Shown piece by piece: positions 12,434 to 26,569 of a DNA stretch of 64,000 nt. Numbering within the stretch: the first letter of the stretch is position 1; every line of letters starts with the position of its first letter. The notes below the pieces were generated by a model. The model saw nothing but the letters and a program-made list of their open reading frames with translations. It was not told where the DNA came from and did not search any database. Both the position numbers and the translations under genes were made by a program. Source of the stretch: Lama guanicoe (taxonomy: Eukaryota); contig MU054338.1 in NCBI GenBank assembly GCA_013239625.1, positions 4,303,371 through 4,367,370 on the forward strand, written 5' to 3'.

Positions 12434-14169
12434 AATGTTATGAAAGAAACATACAGGGAGATGTCTTAGAGAATGAAGGAGGTCTACTTTCAAATGGTGG
12501 CCAGGGCTATTTTCTTTTAGAAGGCAACAGATGAGCTAGTATTGAAGTGATGACAAAAATCCAGCCGTGGGAGTACCTGGGAAGAAAACATTCCAGGTAG
12601 AAGGTACGCAAGCCCTGAGGTGGGAACAAACCGAGTGTGTCTGAGGCCCAGAAAAACCAGTGTGGTTGGAGGGGAGTAGTGAGGTGGACAGTGGTACGGA
12701 ATGATGTTAGCAACATCATGAGGGCCTCGTGTGTAGATTCAGAAATTTGAACACTTTTCTACTTTCAGTATAAAGCCAGTGGAGGGTTTTAAGCTAGGAT
12801 TGTGGTGGAAAAGTTGGGAACAGGAACATGATTGGGAGGCTGGTGAAGACCTTGTTGGTTTGGGTGGTAGTTGTGGAACTAGATAGAAGTGGAGAAATGC
12901 GGGCTGTAGTAACTGGGATTCAGTGTTTTTTCAATGACCTTAAGCATGTTTCTTTTACCACTAGGGGGGGGAAAAAAACAGCTCTTCACTTCAGTCCATA
13001 AAATCCTGCACAGTTTCTTCCATCACCTCCCTGACCTCATCTTCTCCCACTCTGCCCCACACTCTGTTCCAGCCACAGGTGGCCTCCTAGCTCTTCCTGT
13101 ACATGCCAGGTATAGTCCCATCTCAGGGACTTTGCTCTGGCTGTTCTTTCTGCCTGGAAACCTCTCCCAGATCTTCCCACATAGGTTCCTTTTCACCATT
13201 CAGTGCTCATCTCCAAAGCCATCTCCTAACTTGATACCTTATTTAAAAGAGCCACCTCCCATCAGTTCACTATTACTGATCCTCTTTTATTTTCTTTGTG
13301 GTGTATCCCAGGTATTCAATGTTGAACACAAATCTCCCTAACTTAGTGGCACAAAACAACAACCATTTTCTTATGCTCATGGATTCAGTGGGTCATAAGT
13401 CAGGGCCGGGTTGAGTGGGAATGATTTATTTTCCTCTCCACAATGCCAAAGGCCCAGCTGGGAAGATTCAGATAGCTGGAGGTGGAGGTGACTTGAATAA
13501 CTGGGAGCTGGAATCTTCCGGAAGCTTATTTACTCATAGGTGTTTCACCTAAGCTGGATGGTGTGAAAGAGAAACTCAGCTGGAACTATCCAGTGATGTG
13601 CCTTCCCCTATCTTTTCTATGTTGCTTGGGCTTCCCACAGCATGGCAGGCTCACATGGCAGCTGGATCCCAAGAGCAGGACACGGAGGCTTCCAGGACAG
13701 TTCAACACTATTCCTGAGAGTCATTTGGTCACCCACTATTGGGTCAATCTTCCTGAGGGCCCATCTAGATCCAAGGAGATAGAGAAATTGACTCTGGAGG
13801 AGCAAGTTCCAATTGCAGGAAGGCCCACTGGGGTGGGAGATGTGTCGGTAATCATCTTTGGAACACACCACCTGCCATACTACCTCGAGGGTTTGTTAGG
13901 AGGACTTAATGATATGATGATCTTAAGTAACTAGTGACGACTTCTCGTCCTAGAAGGGGTAGATTCTAGTGTGTAGGATGAGATTCAGACCAGAGAGATC
14001 CACCTTTGGCTTGCCAGATAGTAAGCTCCATGAGGGCAAGGGTTTCTGTTCATTGGAGTCTTTACTGATAAACCCCAGGCATCGGGAACAGCGCCTGATG
14101 CATGGAGGTGCTCTATAAATATGGGTGAGTAAGAAGAAAGCACACAAACTTGGGCATTTCAGGTCATCA

Positions 14170-17100
14170 CACTAGGGAAAACAAATGAGAAGCTCTCAGC
14201 ACCCAGCCTAGCTTTTCAGGATTGAGAGAAGACATATAATCTTAAGAATTCCCCACAAGAGGAACAAGAAGTGTGGAGTGGATGTATCCATAGAAAAGGT
14301 CTAAGAAAGCTCAAAATCCCCATCTGGGCTCACTAGTGAAGGTGTATCTCTCCTGAAGCCAGTCAGAACTGACTGCTTCTTCACAAGACTGAAAGACTTC
14401 AAGGAGTAAGAAGAATCAAGGCAACTAGACATTGCTAAAGGAACAAAATAATTTTTCAGTAACTGATCCAAAGAAATGGAGAGCTACAAATTACCTGACA
14501 AATAATTCAAAATAATTGTTTTAAGAAAGCTCAGTGAGGTAGAAGAGCACACAGATAGAGAACTCAGTGGAATCAGGAGAATAGTACATAAACAAAAGGA
14601 GAAGTTCAACAGAGATAAAACTCATTAAAAAGAACCAAACAGAAATTCTGGAGCTGGAGAATATAATGAGTGAAATGAACAATGCAACAGAAAGCATCAA
14701 CAACAGACTTGATCAAGCAAAAGAAAGAATCATGACCTTGAAGTCAGATCATTTGAAATTATCCAGTCGAAGGAGAAAAAGGGAAAAAAAAGGAATAAAA
14801 AAGAGTGAAGAAAGCCTACATGAAGTACAGGATACCATCAAGCAAAACAATTTATGCATCCTGGCAGTCCCAGAAGGAGGAGAGAGGGAAAATGGGGCAG
14901 AAAGGTTATTTAAAGAAATAAAGGCTGAAAACTCTCCAAATCTGTAGACAGATATGGATATCCAGGTACCTGAAGCTCGAGGATTCCCAAACAGATTCAA
15001 TACAAAGAGGTCTTTATGAGACATATAATCAAACTCTTAAAAACCAAAGACGAAGAGAGAATTTTAAAAGGAGCGAGAGAAAAGGAACTAATCACATACA
15101 AGGGAACCCCCATAAGGCTATCAGCAGATTTTTCAGTAGAAACGTTGCAGGCCAGGAGACTATGGGATGATAAAGTCAAAGTGCTGAAAGAAAAGATCTG
15201 CCAACTGGCAATGCTTCATCCGGCAAAACTGTCTTTCAGCAACGAAGGAGAGATAAAGACTTTCCCAGACAAGCAAAAGCTGAGAGTTCATCACAACTAT
15301 ACCTGCCTTCCAAGAAATGCTGAAAGGAGTTCTTCAAGCTGAAGTGAAAGGCTACTAATTAGTAACACGAAAACACAAAAGTATAAAACTCACTGGTAAA
15401 GTATACAGTCAAAATTAGAACAGGCATCCTCTGCTTTTTGAAAGTTCACTTTATGCCACTTGACTTTTCTGAAAGACCTACATTAGATCTGCTTTCTCTA
15501 ACTGAAGGAAATTCAAAGAGAATTTTTGCTTTTACAAAAAAGGCAAAAAATGAACATAGCATTCAGTGCTTGTTTTGCAGAGAGCCCTTACAGGGGCAGC
15601 GCACACTCTGAGTTGTGAGAATAGCACCACCACGGTCCTTCCCCGGGAACTACACTCAGTAACTCAGCATCAAGCCACCATAGCTTTGAACTATTTCCAT
15701 GAGCATCTGAGCTTTATCTTGATTTATTTTGTGTATCTGTTAGCAAGATGAGTCCTAAGATAACTACTTCTTCATTTCACACCATTTTGGCTTAGGGAAG
15801 ATTTCATAGGAATGCTCTACTCTCAGACAGTGGGGGAAACCTGTATTCTAATCCTGTAATTATTGTATATAAATCACTTAACTTTAGTATAAAACTTAAA
15901 AGACAAAAGTATTAAAAAAACTAAAGCAGTAAGAATTTGTTACTGGATTATACAACATAAAAAGATATAAATTTAACATCAAAGCATAAACATGATGAGG
16001 GGGAAGTAAAAGGGTAGATTTTTTATGTGATTCAAGTTAAGTTTTAATCAGCTTAAAACAGACTATTAGAACTATAAGATGTTTTCTATAAGCCTCATGA
16101 TAACTACAAGGGAAAATCAATAGTAGGCTCACAAAAGATAAAGAGAAAAGGATCAAAGCATACCACTATGGAAAAATCATCAAATCTCACAGGAAGATGA
16201 TAAGACAGGAAGAGAGGAACAAAGGAACTATAAAACATGCAGAAACAATAACGTGATATTAGTAAATCCTTACCTATCAATAATTAAATGTAACTGGATT
16301 AAATTCTCCAGTCAAAAGACGTAGAGATAAGGTAAGCAAGACTCAATTATATGCTGCCTACAAGAGACACGCTTCAGCTTTGACACACAGTGACTCAAAG
16401 TGAAGGGATGGAAAAAGATATTCCATGTAAACGGAAACCAAAAAAAAGCAGGAGACAGCATTCATGCTTATGCCAGACAAAACATATCTTAAGTCAAAAA
16501 ACTGTAACAAGAGTCAAGAAGGTTATTGTATAATGATAAAGGAGTCAATTCATCAAGAAGATATAACAATTATATGTACATATGCACCCAACATTGGAGC
16601 ACCTAAATATATCATGCAAATATTAAAAAATCTGAAGGGAGAAATAGATGCAATACGAGGGGACTTTAATATCCTACTTTCCATAATGGGTAGATTATCC
16701 AAACAGAAAATCAACAGGGAAACCCTGAACTTGAACTATACTTTAGAACAAATGGACCTAAGAGACAGATTTGGGACATCTCATTTAGCAGCAGTAGACT
16801 ACACATTCTTCTCACTTGCATGTGGAACAATCTCCAGGGTAGATCATATGTCAGGTCACAAAACAAGTCTTAATAAAGTTAAGCAGATTGAAATCATATC
16901 AAGTAACTTTTTCAACCACAGTGATATGAAACTAGAAATCAATAACAAGAGGAAAACTGGAAAAGTTACAAATATATAGACATTAATCAACACACTCCTT
17001 ATCAATCAACAAATCAAAGAAGGAATAAAAAATAAGGCAACAAATATCTAGAGCCAAATAAAAATGGAAATACACACACCAGACCTATGGGCTGCACCAA

Positions 17101-17940
17101 TGCAGCTTTAAAAGGCAAGCTAATAGCGATAAATGCCTACATTAATAAACAAGAAAGAGCTCAAATAAACAACCTAACTTTACACCTCAAGGAACTAGAA
17201 AAAGAGCAAACTAAGCCCAAAGCTAGCAGGAGAGAGGAAATAACAAAGGTAAGAGCAGAAATCAATGAAATAGGGACAAGAAGACCATAAAAGATGAACA
17301 CAAGCAAGAGCTAGTTTCTTCCAAAAGATAAACAAAATGGACAAACGTTTACCTTGAATAAGAACAAAAGAGAGAGGACTCAAATAAGATCAGAAATGAA
17401 AGAGAAGGCATTACACCTGACACACAGAAATACAAAGGGTCATAAGAGATTACTGTAAACAACTGTGTGCTAACTAATTGGAAAACTTAGAAGAAATGGG
17501 TAAATTCCTAGAAATACACAACCTACTGAGATTGAATTATGAAGAAATAGAAAATCTGAATGAAACAATTATTGGTAAGGAAATTTAATTAGTAATCCGA
17601 AGTCTCCCAACAAACAGAAGTCCAGGACCAGATGGTTTCACTGGTGAATTCTTCCATACATTCAAAGAAAAATTAAGATCAATTCTTCTCTAACTCTTCC
17701 AACATAGCAAAGAGAAAGGAATGCTCCTTAATTCATTTCATGAGGCCAGTAGTAACCTGATACCAAAGCCAGACAACAACTCTCCAAGAAAGGAAATTCC
17801 AGAACCATATCCCTATGAATATACAAGCCAAATCCTCCATAAAACAATAGCAAAATGAATTCAACAACATATTAAAAGAATCACACATCATGATCAAGTA
17901 GGGTTTGTCCCTGGGATGCAAAGATGGTTCAACATATGGC
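14170..17940 (+). mobile_element. Decayed L1: ORF1 plus ORF2 endonuclease and start of RT; 3'-truncated
   Basis: Fragments RHIIKLLKTKDEERILKGAREK...IRLSADFS (ORF1), YAPNIGAPKYI and GDFN (EN), [11 protein letters not shown]; many stops and frameshifts. Confidence 0.92.
15421..15843. mobile_element. Tigger-type (TcMar) non-autonomous DNA transposon inserted in the L1 inter-ORF region
   Basis: Imperfect TIRs CAGGCATCCTCTGC / GTGGGGGAAACCTG followed by TA; interrupts L1 continuity. Confidence 0.65.
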
Positions 17941-19675
17941 ATTTATTTATTATTTCTCTCTCTTTGAACTCCCCATTCTGTTTCTCATAGCTTTGACTTC
18001 CAATCAGTTGGAAGAAAAATATTTTAACTGCTAGCAACTTGAGCAGATTGGCTAGTGCCTGTGAGATAAATTATGTTAATTATAAAACCCAGATCACAGG
18101 GTTTTGAAAATTAAGATATAATTTACATAATTATAAGTACAGCTCAATGAGAATTGACAGATGCTTTTACCTGTGTAGCCCACGATCCTTTTGCTATTGA
18201 ACTGGTCGTGGAGACCAGCACCAGGTTCTAGCCTAAACTCCTTTTTAGTCCTTGTGTGAACTTTTCTGGTTGTTGCCATGGCAATCATCAACTGTCATGG
18301 TCTGGTGGGTGTGTCATTTAGCAGCTAATGTACTACAATGAGCATGTAATGAAGCTCAAGGTCCACTGGAGGTCAAATCATGGGCCTTGCTGGTTCTAAC
18401 CAGTTCTTGTTTATTTCTTTGCACCTGCCTCCTGAAACTTATATAAGAGCAATTGTTTTCCATTTGAGGGAGGAGCAGGGATATAATTCTCTGGCATTAG
18501 CCTTGGTAACACTTATACAATTTAGATCATTTGCATCACTCCAGAAATTCCATTACGTGTCCCTCCCAAGTCAATATCCCCAGTTATAACCAAGGTTCTG
18601 GCATCTATTACAATCCACAAACATTGCCTTTTCTTAAACTTCTGATATATAGAAGTATATAGTGTGTATTCTTTTCTGTCTGGCTTCTGTCACTCAAAAT
18701 AGTGTTTCTGAGGTTCATTCATGAGAATATATTCATGTTCTGTATAGCAGTAGTTCATCTTTTTTTTTTCATCGTTGAATAACATTTCATTGCATGAATG
18801 AAGCAGTTTGTTTATCCATTCTCAAGGTGATGGACATTTAGGGTATTTCCTATTTTTGCATATTGTGAAGAAAGCTGTTACAAAAATTGTCGTGCAAGTG
18901 TCTTAACATATGTTCATTTCTTTCAGGGAAATACCTAGAAGTGGAATTATCAGCTATAAGGTTAGGACAAGTGAATTTTAGGAGAAGAAATAGAAACAGA
19001 AACTTGAATCACATTTGCATGTCAGTTAAAAAAAATGGCAAGCATATGCTACCATTTTTATGCAACCACATGATGATTTGTGACATCCCTTCTCATTAAA
19101 AAACAATTTAATTCTGGTAAAATACACATAATAGTTACTGTCTTAACCATTTTAAAGTGTACAGCTCAGTGGTATTAAATTTATTCATCTTGTTGTACAA
19201 CAATTACCGTCGCCCATCTCCAGAACTCTTTTCACCTCGTATCTTCCCATTTTGCATTCACGTTTCCTCTTTCCCCTGAGTAGCTTGAACTTCCTGGGGT
19301 GACTCAGAAATCATGATAATCTAAAAATTATTTGCAACAACTGTTTTCCTTTTTGAGTATTTTTCTGCAACTCTCTTTTTTCCTTTTGAATATTTCTCCA
19401 CAACTTTCTCTCTCTGACAACAAATTTTGCTCATTTGTTTCTTTTTCTCTTATTACCTCCAGCCCACCCTCTGATTCAGATCTTCTGCTAAAAATTGAAC
19501 ATGTGTTATAATTGTTTCAGGCTTAAGAGACATGAAGAAGTTTCTATGCCTGGCTTTCTATGAGAACAATCTGGAGAGCTTTAAACAATTTAGAGACTTG
19601 GGGCCATTTGAGATGAACTGAGTTGGAATTTCTGGGTGTGAGGTCCAGAAACATGTGTTTTAATGACTTGCTGAA

Positions 19676-20242
19676 TGTGGTAGGCAGAATTTTAAGACCA
19701 TCTCTCATGACCCTGGCCTTTGTATAATTCCCTCTCCTGTGAATATGATGGGATATCACTCTCATGATATGTTACATGGTAAAGGAGATTTTGCAGATTT
19801 TACTTAGCTGATTTGTAGTTAATCAAGAGGAGATTGCCTGAGGAGGCATGAACTAATCACACAAGCTCTTTAAATCTGGATCAAGAAGTCAGAGATAGAG
19901 AAAGTCAGAAGTCAGAAAGATACAGCGAATGAGAAGGATTCAACCTATCCTGGCTGACTTTGAAGAAAAAGGGGGTTATGTGGAAAAAACCTGAGAATAT
20001 CTTCAAGCTGACAGCAACACCTGGCCAACAATGAGCAAGAAGGGACTTCATTTCTAAAACCTCAAGGAACTTAATTGTGGCAACAGCAGGAGTGGAGTTG
20101 GACATGATTCCCAGTCAAGCCTCCAGATGAGAAAACAGCTTACATAAGAATCCAGCTGAACTTTGCCCATGAGCTAATAAAGATTGTTTTATACCACTAA
20201 GTTTGTGGCAATTTGTTACATAGCAATAGCTGACTAATACGC
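19676..20242 (+). mobile_element. MLT1-type MaLR LTR
   Basis: tgtggtaggcagaat...ccactaagtttgtggcaatttgttacatagcaatag. Confidence 0.7.
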
Positions 20243-20537
20243 TTGGTTATTTCTGGGTGGTCAACTTGTTGATTTGGATCGCTAGCCCTGTTTGCAAAGA
20301 AACTTCAGAACCATGGACAGTAGGATGTCTGTCAGGAAAGAGCTGATTGGCTGGATTAATCATCTTCTAGCAGGATGCGACTCGATTGGGCAGTCTTGGA
20401 TGTGAGCTTTGATTCCTGGTCCAATCAGGTTTTGCGAAGGCTTGCAGATTTGACTTCTTTTTGCCAGCTATAAAAACACATCTCAGGGGTCCTACAAGGT
20501 CCAGAGTGAGCTAGTCTCTGCCTAGTTCTTCAGAAGA

Positions 20538-20591
20538 ATCTTGTACCACCCTCTTTCTCATCTGATCTTGTACCACCCTCTTTCTCATCTG
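20538..20591. repeat. Perfect 27-bp tandem duplication
   Basis: atcttgtaccaccctctttctcatctg x2. Confidence 0.9.
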
Positions 20592-22058
20592 CCTAGGCCT
20601 CCTTTTGGCTTCTTCCTGCTTCTTAGCTACAGTCCACTGCTGTTCCTGCAGTCAGGAACACCCTTCCTTTCTCCCCTTGAACCTCTCCTCTCTCCTCATA
20701 GCCAACTCCAACTCCTATTCATTCTTAGTGTTTACCTTCAGGGACTGTTTCCTTAATGTCAGGACCCAAATTAAGCAAGATCTCCCTGTTGTGTAATTTT
20801 GTAGCTTCTGGAACTCATGCTTTTGTAAATCTTATTACAGCTGTCTTTTAAAACTTTGCTTAATTTGTTTGCTGCCCACCCAGAGACTGGCTAGCAGTTC
20901 ACCAAAAGTGTTCCCTTTTTTTCTTGGGCACACATAGCTCTTAGATTCAGTTTTCCAGCTCTTTGCTGAAGATTGGTTGAGTTTTAGCCAATGGACTGTT
21001 AGAGAAATTTCTGTGTTCCACTTCCATGCCTGGCCCATAAATAAAACTTCCACAAATGATCCTTTGACAACCTTCCTCTTTCGTGGATGAGCAGGTTGGC
21101 TTTCAGCCCTTGGGAGGGACTGGAAGGGGATGAAGGATAGGAGGTTATTGCAGGCTGGGCATTTATTCCTCTTAATTTCCTCTCCGCCAGGTCACCTTAT
21201 ATTAAGGAACTTTTATCTAAAATTTAGCAAAAAGCAGGTGGATGGACAAATGCCCTTTCAGCATCTTTGCTTAACATGTGTGTTAGTTGGGTTCTTCAGG
21301 AAGTGGATACTGATACTGAGTCAGGAGCGTAAGATCATTATTGAGAGAATGTATGTAGGTGGGAAGGAAGCAGGCTTGGGCAGAAAGAACCTCAGAGCAG
21401 ATGTGACCAAGTTCCAGCCTAGCCAATGTGGAAATCGGAAGTGAGGATGACTCACTAAGGAATCCCGCATGGGTTAGAAGCCCTAGTGCCCTTGATGTGG
21501 CCATTTTGGCTGCCGGGTTGCAGAGGAAGTGAGAACTGGGAAGATCCTGAAGGCGTTGACAGCTGGAAGCTCTCAGAGAGCTGCATTTATTCCAACTGAA
21601 TGGAAGATTCTTTCTTTAGAGAGATCTGAGTGATACATGACAACAGACTTATTCAACATTGATTTGATCATCTAGAAAAACACATCTTTTAAAAAAGTCA
21701 TGGATTGAGCTTTAATTTACACACAGTAAAATTCATCCTTTTTAGATGTACTTTTTTTCCCAAAAAATTAGACTTTATTTCTTAGAGCAATTTTAGGTTC
21801 ACAGCAAAACTGAGCAGAAAGTAGAGAGTTTCCATATATTTCCAGCCCCTGCACAGGCACAGCCTCCCATGCTAATGACATCCCCCACAACTGGACTCCA
21901 GTGTTGTACAAATGATGTATAATGACACATATGCCCTATTACAGCATCATGCAGAATAGTTTCATTTCCCTAAAAATCCTCTGTACTTGACCTACACATT
22001 CTTTCCTCTCCCACTGTATTCATTATATGCAAATACATAGTTGCGTAACTTCTACCAC

Positions 22059-22619
22059 TGTCAACGTAAGCAGCCTCTTGGTTCTAGACCCTTAGGCTTC
22101 TGCATTTCCAATGCCTTTGTCCTGCTTTGCTTAACATGTTGGCTCCTTTCTTAGATTAAGGGAAGGGATGCAGAAACAAAGGAGGAGCAGTCAAGAAATA
22201 ATAGTGCAGAGTCCTAGGTCCTCCTCAAGGGATATACACAGCAATATCTTTGAGTTCTTCTGCAGGAACTAAGGCTCCCACCCAGGCGGAAGATGATCAC
22301 TTCAGGCTGAGCACAAGATTCCTGGAACACCACCCTGTTACCTCACCACAGACCAATCAGAAGAAAGTCTGCACACACTGTAAGAAAACAGAGACTCTGA
22401 CCCCCTCCCCAAATGATAACTACCATTAACTTCCCTTTTCTTCCTTTAAAGAAACTTTCATGACTGAGCAGAATCTTTAGAGTTGGTTCTTGGACATGAG
22501 TCTGCCTTCTCCCCAGGTTACCAGTCTCTTGAATAAAGTGACATTTCCTTTCCAACCAACACTTGTCTCTTGAATATTGGCTTTTGAGTGGCGAGCAGTT
22601 GAACCTGAGTTCAGCAGCA
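22059..22619 (+). mobile_element. ERV solo LTR nested in an L1 fragment
   Basis: TG...CA ends, CCAAT box, AATAAA at ~22532. Confidence 0.65.
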
Positions 22620-24004
22620 TTAATATATGGGATATTTGCACAACCCCCCCAAATTCCTTCATGTCTTTGTCTTAAGCCCCTCCTACCACCCCTGCCCCTG
22701 CCCTAGCTACTCGTCTGATTTCTGTCCTTTTAACTTTGCCTTTTTCATAGGCTCATTTAAGTAGTAAATGCAGCTGTGTTTGAATTAGCTGCTTCCTACT
22801 TTATTAGAGTCCAGACATTGTAAAGTTCCATGTGAACTTACAGATACTTTCCAGGGCAAAGACAAAGGTTACAGGATGGACTGCCTTTTTTGACCATTTA
22901 GGACATTATTAACCAGTTTCTTTTTTTGCGGGGTGGGGTTAGAGTTTAATTGGGATATAACTCACATAAACATCCAATTAAAATGTACAACTCAGTGTCT
23001 TTCAACATATCCACTGAGTGCTGCAACCATCACCACAATCAATTTTCCAACTTATCAGTCACTTCTCCGTAAAAAACCTGTGCCTTTAGCTGTCATTTCC
23101 CCATTTTCTCTTCCTCCTAGTCTCTGGTAACCACAAATCTATTTTTTATCCATATACATTTACCTGTTTTGGATATTTCATAGTAATAGATTCATGCAAC
23201 ATGTAGTCTTTTGTGTCTGGCTTCTCTCACTGAACATCTTGTGTTCAAGGTTCATCCATGTTGTAGCAAGTGTCAGTTCTTCATTTCTTTTTAATGCCTG
23301 AATGATATTCCCCTGCATGGGTGTGGCACATTTTGTTTCTCCTCTCATCAATTAATGGACATTTGAGTTGTTTCCACTTCTTACCTATTGTGAAAGATAC
23401 TACTGTAGATATTCACACACAAGCATTAATCAGCTTTGTATCTATTAGCAAGTTCATTTTAGGATTTCTTTGACTGACTATATAAAGTGTGTCCCTTGAA
23501 TTTGAACCTGCCTTCCCATCTTACCAGTTTCCTCATTAATGAATGAATGGAATAAAATCTTTGATACGTGTTCCTTTTATAATAGCATGACCATCATGCT
23601 TTTCACTTTTTGAAAATCATACCTGAACTCTTCACTGAAGGCCACAGGTCCTCTCCTGTAGCCCTTTGTTACAACCAGAGCAGAGCTGGGTGCTAGTCAT
23701 TGCTTCCTCTCCTTGCCCTTGGACCTGCACTGTTCCTGGTGGGCTCCCTTAATGCTGTCTACACTGTTAAACACAGTCCCTTTTCTGAGCACTGTAAATG
23801 TGCTATTTGTTTCCTGGCTGGATCTGATTGATACTGATACTGTAGGGAACAGTATGGCTCACATTGTCTCCCCAGAAGATACGTAGTAGTGCATAGCAGT
23901 TCTTACCACGCATTTGTAGAATGAATAAATCAAAGGGCACAATAAGATACATCATTTGAAGATGCTTGAAAGCCCCTTATCGATTCACTGCTGTGAGTTG
24001 GCAA

Positions 24005-24585
24005 TGTTGAATTTTATCTAAAGGTTAAGAAACCCCCTTACCTTCTGTGCTATGGAAAACTGCCTGCTTCAAGGACCACACCTCCTCATGTGACTTCGAT
24101 AAGACTCGCAGATACCCACTTCCTGCTTATTTGTAACAAGGCATGTGTGGACCCTTCAAATCCCCATTCTTTGCCTCATACGTGATTGGCTGAATCAAAA
24201 GTCCCCACTGATAAACTGGAAAAAGCTGCTCTTTAACCAAACTTTGGTTAAGCTCCTTTTCTTCCTCCAGGCCCCTGAACTTTGGCCCCAACCTCACCTG
24301 AGGCAGCAGACAGCATCTTCTGAGGACAGGATGACCTCTGATCTGCCATCTCATTATACCAACTTTTCACTTCTCCAGTTCTAGAAACCTCAGTTCTTTC
24401 TAGTCTGTCTGTAAAAGAAAATCTTTGGACTAACTCTTGAGACTCTTGAAGATTTTATGGCCAGACTGTTTTTCTACTGTGATAATCCCCCTGCCCTATT
24501 TCCATATCTTCCCCTTCCCCTGTGCAAGAATCCTTCTGAATAAAATCTCTCCGTACTAAATCTGGATTTATTTTTTTATTTGACA
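24005..24585 (+). mobile_element. ERV solo LTR
   Basis: TG...CA ends, AATAAA at ~24539. Confidence 0.55.
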
Positions 24586-24913
24586 GAGTAATGGTCTGTG
24601 TGCCTAGCCCGCCATATGTGGTGTAGGGGAGGAAAACCTTTCTATCCCCTTTGGGATATTACTTCTAGTGGTTTTAATTACATATATACATTAGAAATCT
24701 TTCCTCTTGGAAGCCTCGATTTCTGGTGAAAACTAGGAAGCCAGCAGTTATGAACTGTGACATACCAACATTCTGTAGACTGACAAGTTGGTGAATATAC
24801 TATTGCTGATTTCCAGAAGCACATGCTTCTTTCTGAGTGAAATTTTTCAGTGTAGCACAGGCATAAGTTTACAAAAAGACCTACAAAATCTTTAGTTCAA
24901 ATAGGAAGCCCAG

Positions 24914-25077
24914 CACAGGGAACTGTATTCAATATCTTGTAGTAACTTTTGGTGAAAAAGAATATGAAAACCAATATATGTGTGTTCCTATATGACTGAA
25001 GTGTTGTTCTCTACAACAGAAATTGACACAACATTGTAAACTGACTGTACTTCAATAAAAATATATATAAAAAACAC
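24914..25077 (+). mobile_element. Short 5'-truncated young L1 3' end
   Basis: Perfect 13-bp TSD ataggaagcccag at 24901-24913 and 25078-25090; AATAAA and A-rich tail. Confidence 0.8.
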
Positions 25078-25092
25078 ATAGGAAGCCCAGAG

Positions 25093-25213
25093 CAGGTAAA
25101 CTTACACTTAATTAATTTATTTTCTTCTTATTTTTTTAATGGAGGTACTGAGGATTGAGCTCAGGACCTTGTACACGCTAAGCATGCACTCTACCACTTA
25201 GCTGTACTCTCCC
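25093..25213 (-). mobile_element. tRNA-derived SINE (Vic-1-like)
   Basis: Reverse complement of the same SINE body. Confidence 0.75.
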
Positions 25214-25287
25214 TAAACTTAGACTGAGAGTTGGCAATTAACTTTTCATTATATCATCTTATTTGGAAAATGATCCAGATATTCAAA

Positions 25288-25897
25288 TGTTGCCATCCAT
25301 TAGGTTCTTGTCTCCTGGCAGAAAGAATTCAGAGATGAGACAAGGAGGTCAAGAAAGCAAAGTAAGGATTTATTAATGGATGGAGAGTACGCTCTTACGG
25401 GGAGAGCAGGCAGACTCAGGTGAGCAGTTGCACTGAGTTTTTTGGCAAGTTGGTTACACAGGGTGTAAAAACGAACGGGTGGAATATTCACTGGGGAGAG
25501 AAGGGTTTGGGGTTGGTTTTATTCCCTGATTTTCATTCAAGCTCTGCCTTCCTGAGGGGAGGAGAGATTTTTGTCCTTATTTAGCCTGGATGGGAAGTGT
25601 CATGGTGTCAGCGCATGATGGGTACTTCTAATCTACAAGGCTAATTTTATTGTAATGAAGGCACAATGAGCAAAAGGTTACATTTGGACACTGGAGATCC
25701 CTGTCTTTTCCCACCTTCCTTTGCCTGCCTCCAGGACACTTGTCACCACAAAATGTGTGGTCTTTTATCAGTCCAGAGGTCCCTGACGCTGTCTGCCTGC
25801 CCAAGGGCCCCCACTGTTCACAGAGTGTACAGTTTCCTGGCTTTTGGCCTGTGTTCCCCTCTCTCTGCTCATTTCCAGCTGCCTGCCTGGTCCAACA
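25288..25897 (-). mobile_element. ERV1-type solo LTR
   Basis: TGTT...AACA ends; near-TSD caaa/caat. Confidence 0.7.
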
Positions 25898-26057
25898 CAA
25901 TGAATATCTACCACCTGACTTGATTTACCAAAAAAGATTTTGGAACCTGTTTTAAAATAGACGTGTTTTATAAAACATCATCAATGTTGAAAGTTCATTT
26001 ATAAATTTTATCTCACATTTATGCAATTTGCTTGTTTTAAACAGCTATGTTTAGACT

Positions 26058-26569
26058 TGTTGACTGAAATAAACGCACAGCCTAAAAGTTGAGAGTTGTT
26101 TCATTTGGCGGACGTTTCCGAGGACTCGAACCCCCGCGAGCCCGGGATGACAGCCCCCCAGGTTGCTCTGAGGGACCGCTCTGAAGAGGTAGGGGAGGAG
26201 CTAGGATATACAGGAGTTTGTACAACAAAGACCAGGTAGTTTGAACATTAAAACATTACTTGTTAACTAAAGAAAACCAGACATCTCAAGTTAAAGAATT
26301 TAGTGCTTTTCTATGGACGGGAGGGAGCGAACATTTGGGCTCACGGAATTCATTCTTTTGACAAGCATCTAGCTAGCTAAGGCCAGCATCCTGTCCTTTC
26401 TTTTTCTGAGTCCCCTCAGGGTGCACCACTGTGAGCGGCTGCAGAGGCCTGGCTGCAAGGGGCCCAGCTGCAGGCTTGTCTTCACTCGGAGGTGGCGACA
26501 GCCGCTGATGACTTGGTGGCTTCTGCATTCTTTGTTTACTGGTATGGTTTGCAGTAGTTTTAGTTCACA
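26058..26569 (-). mobile_element. ERV solo LTR
   Basis: TGT...ACA ends; near-TSD gact/gatt; related to 28199-28659. Confidence 0.7.
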
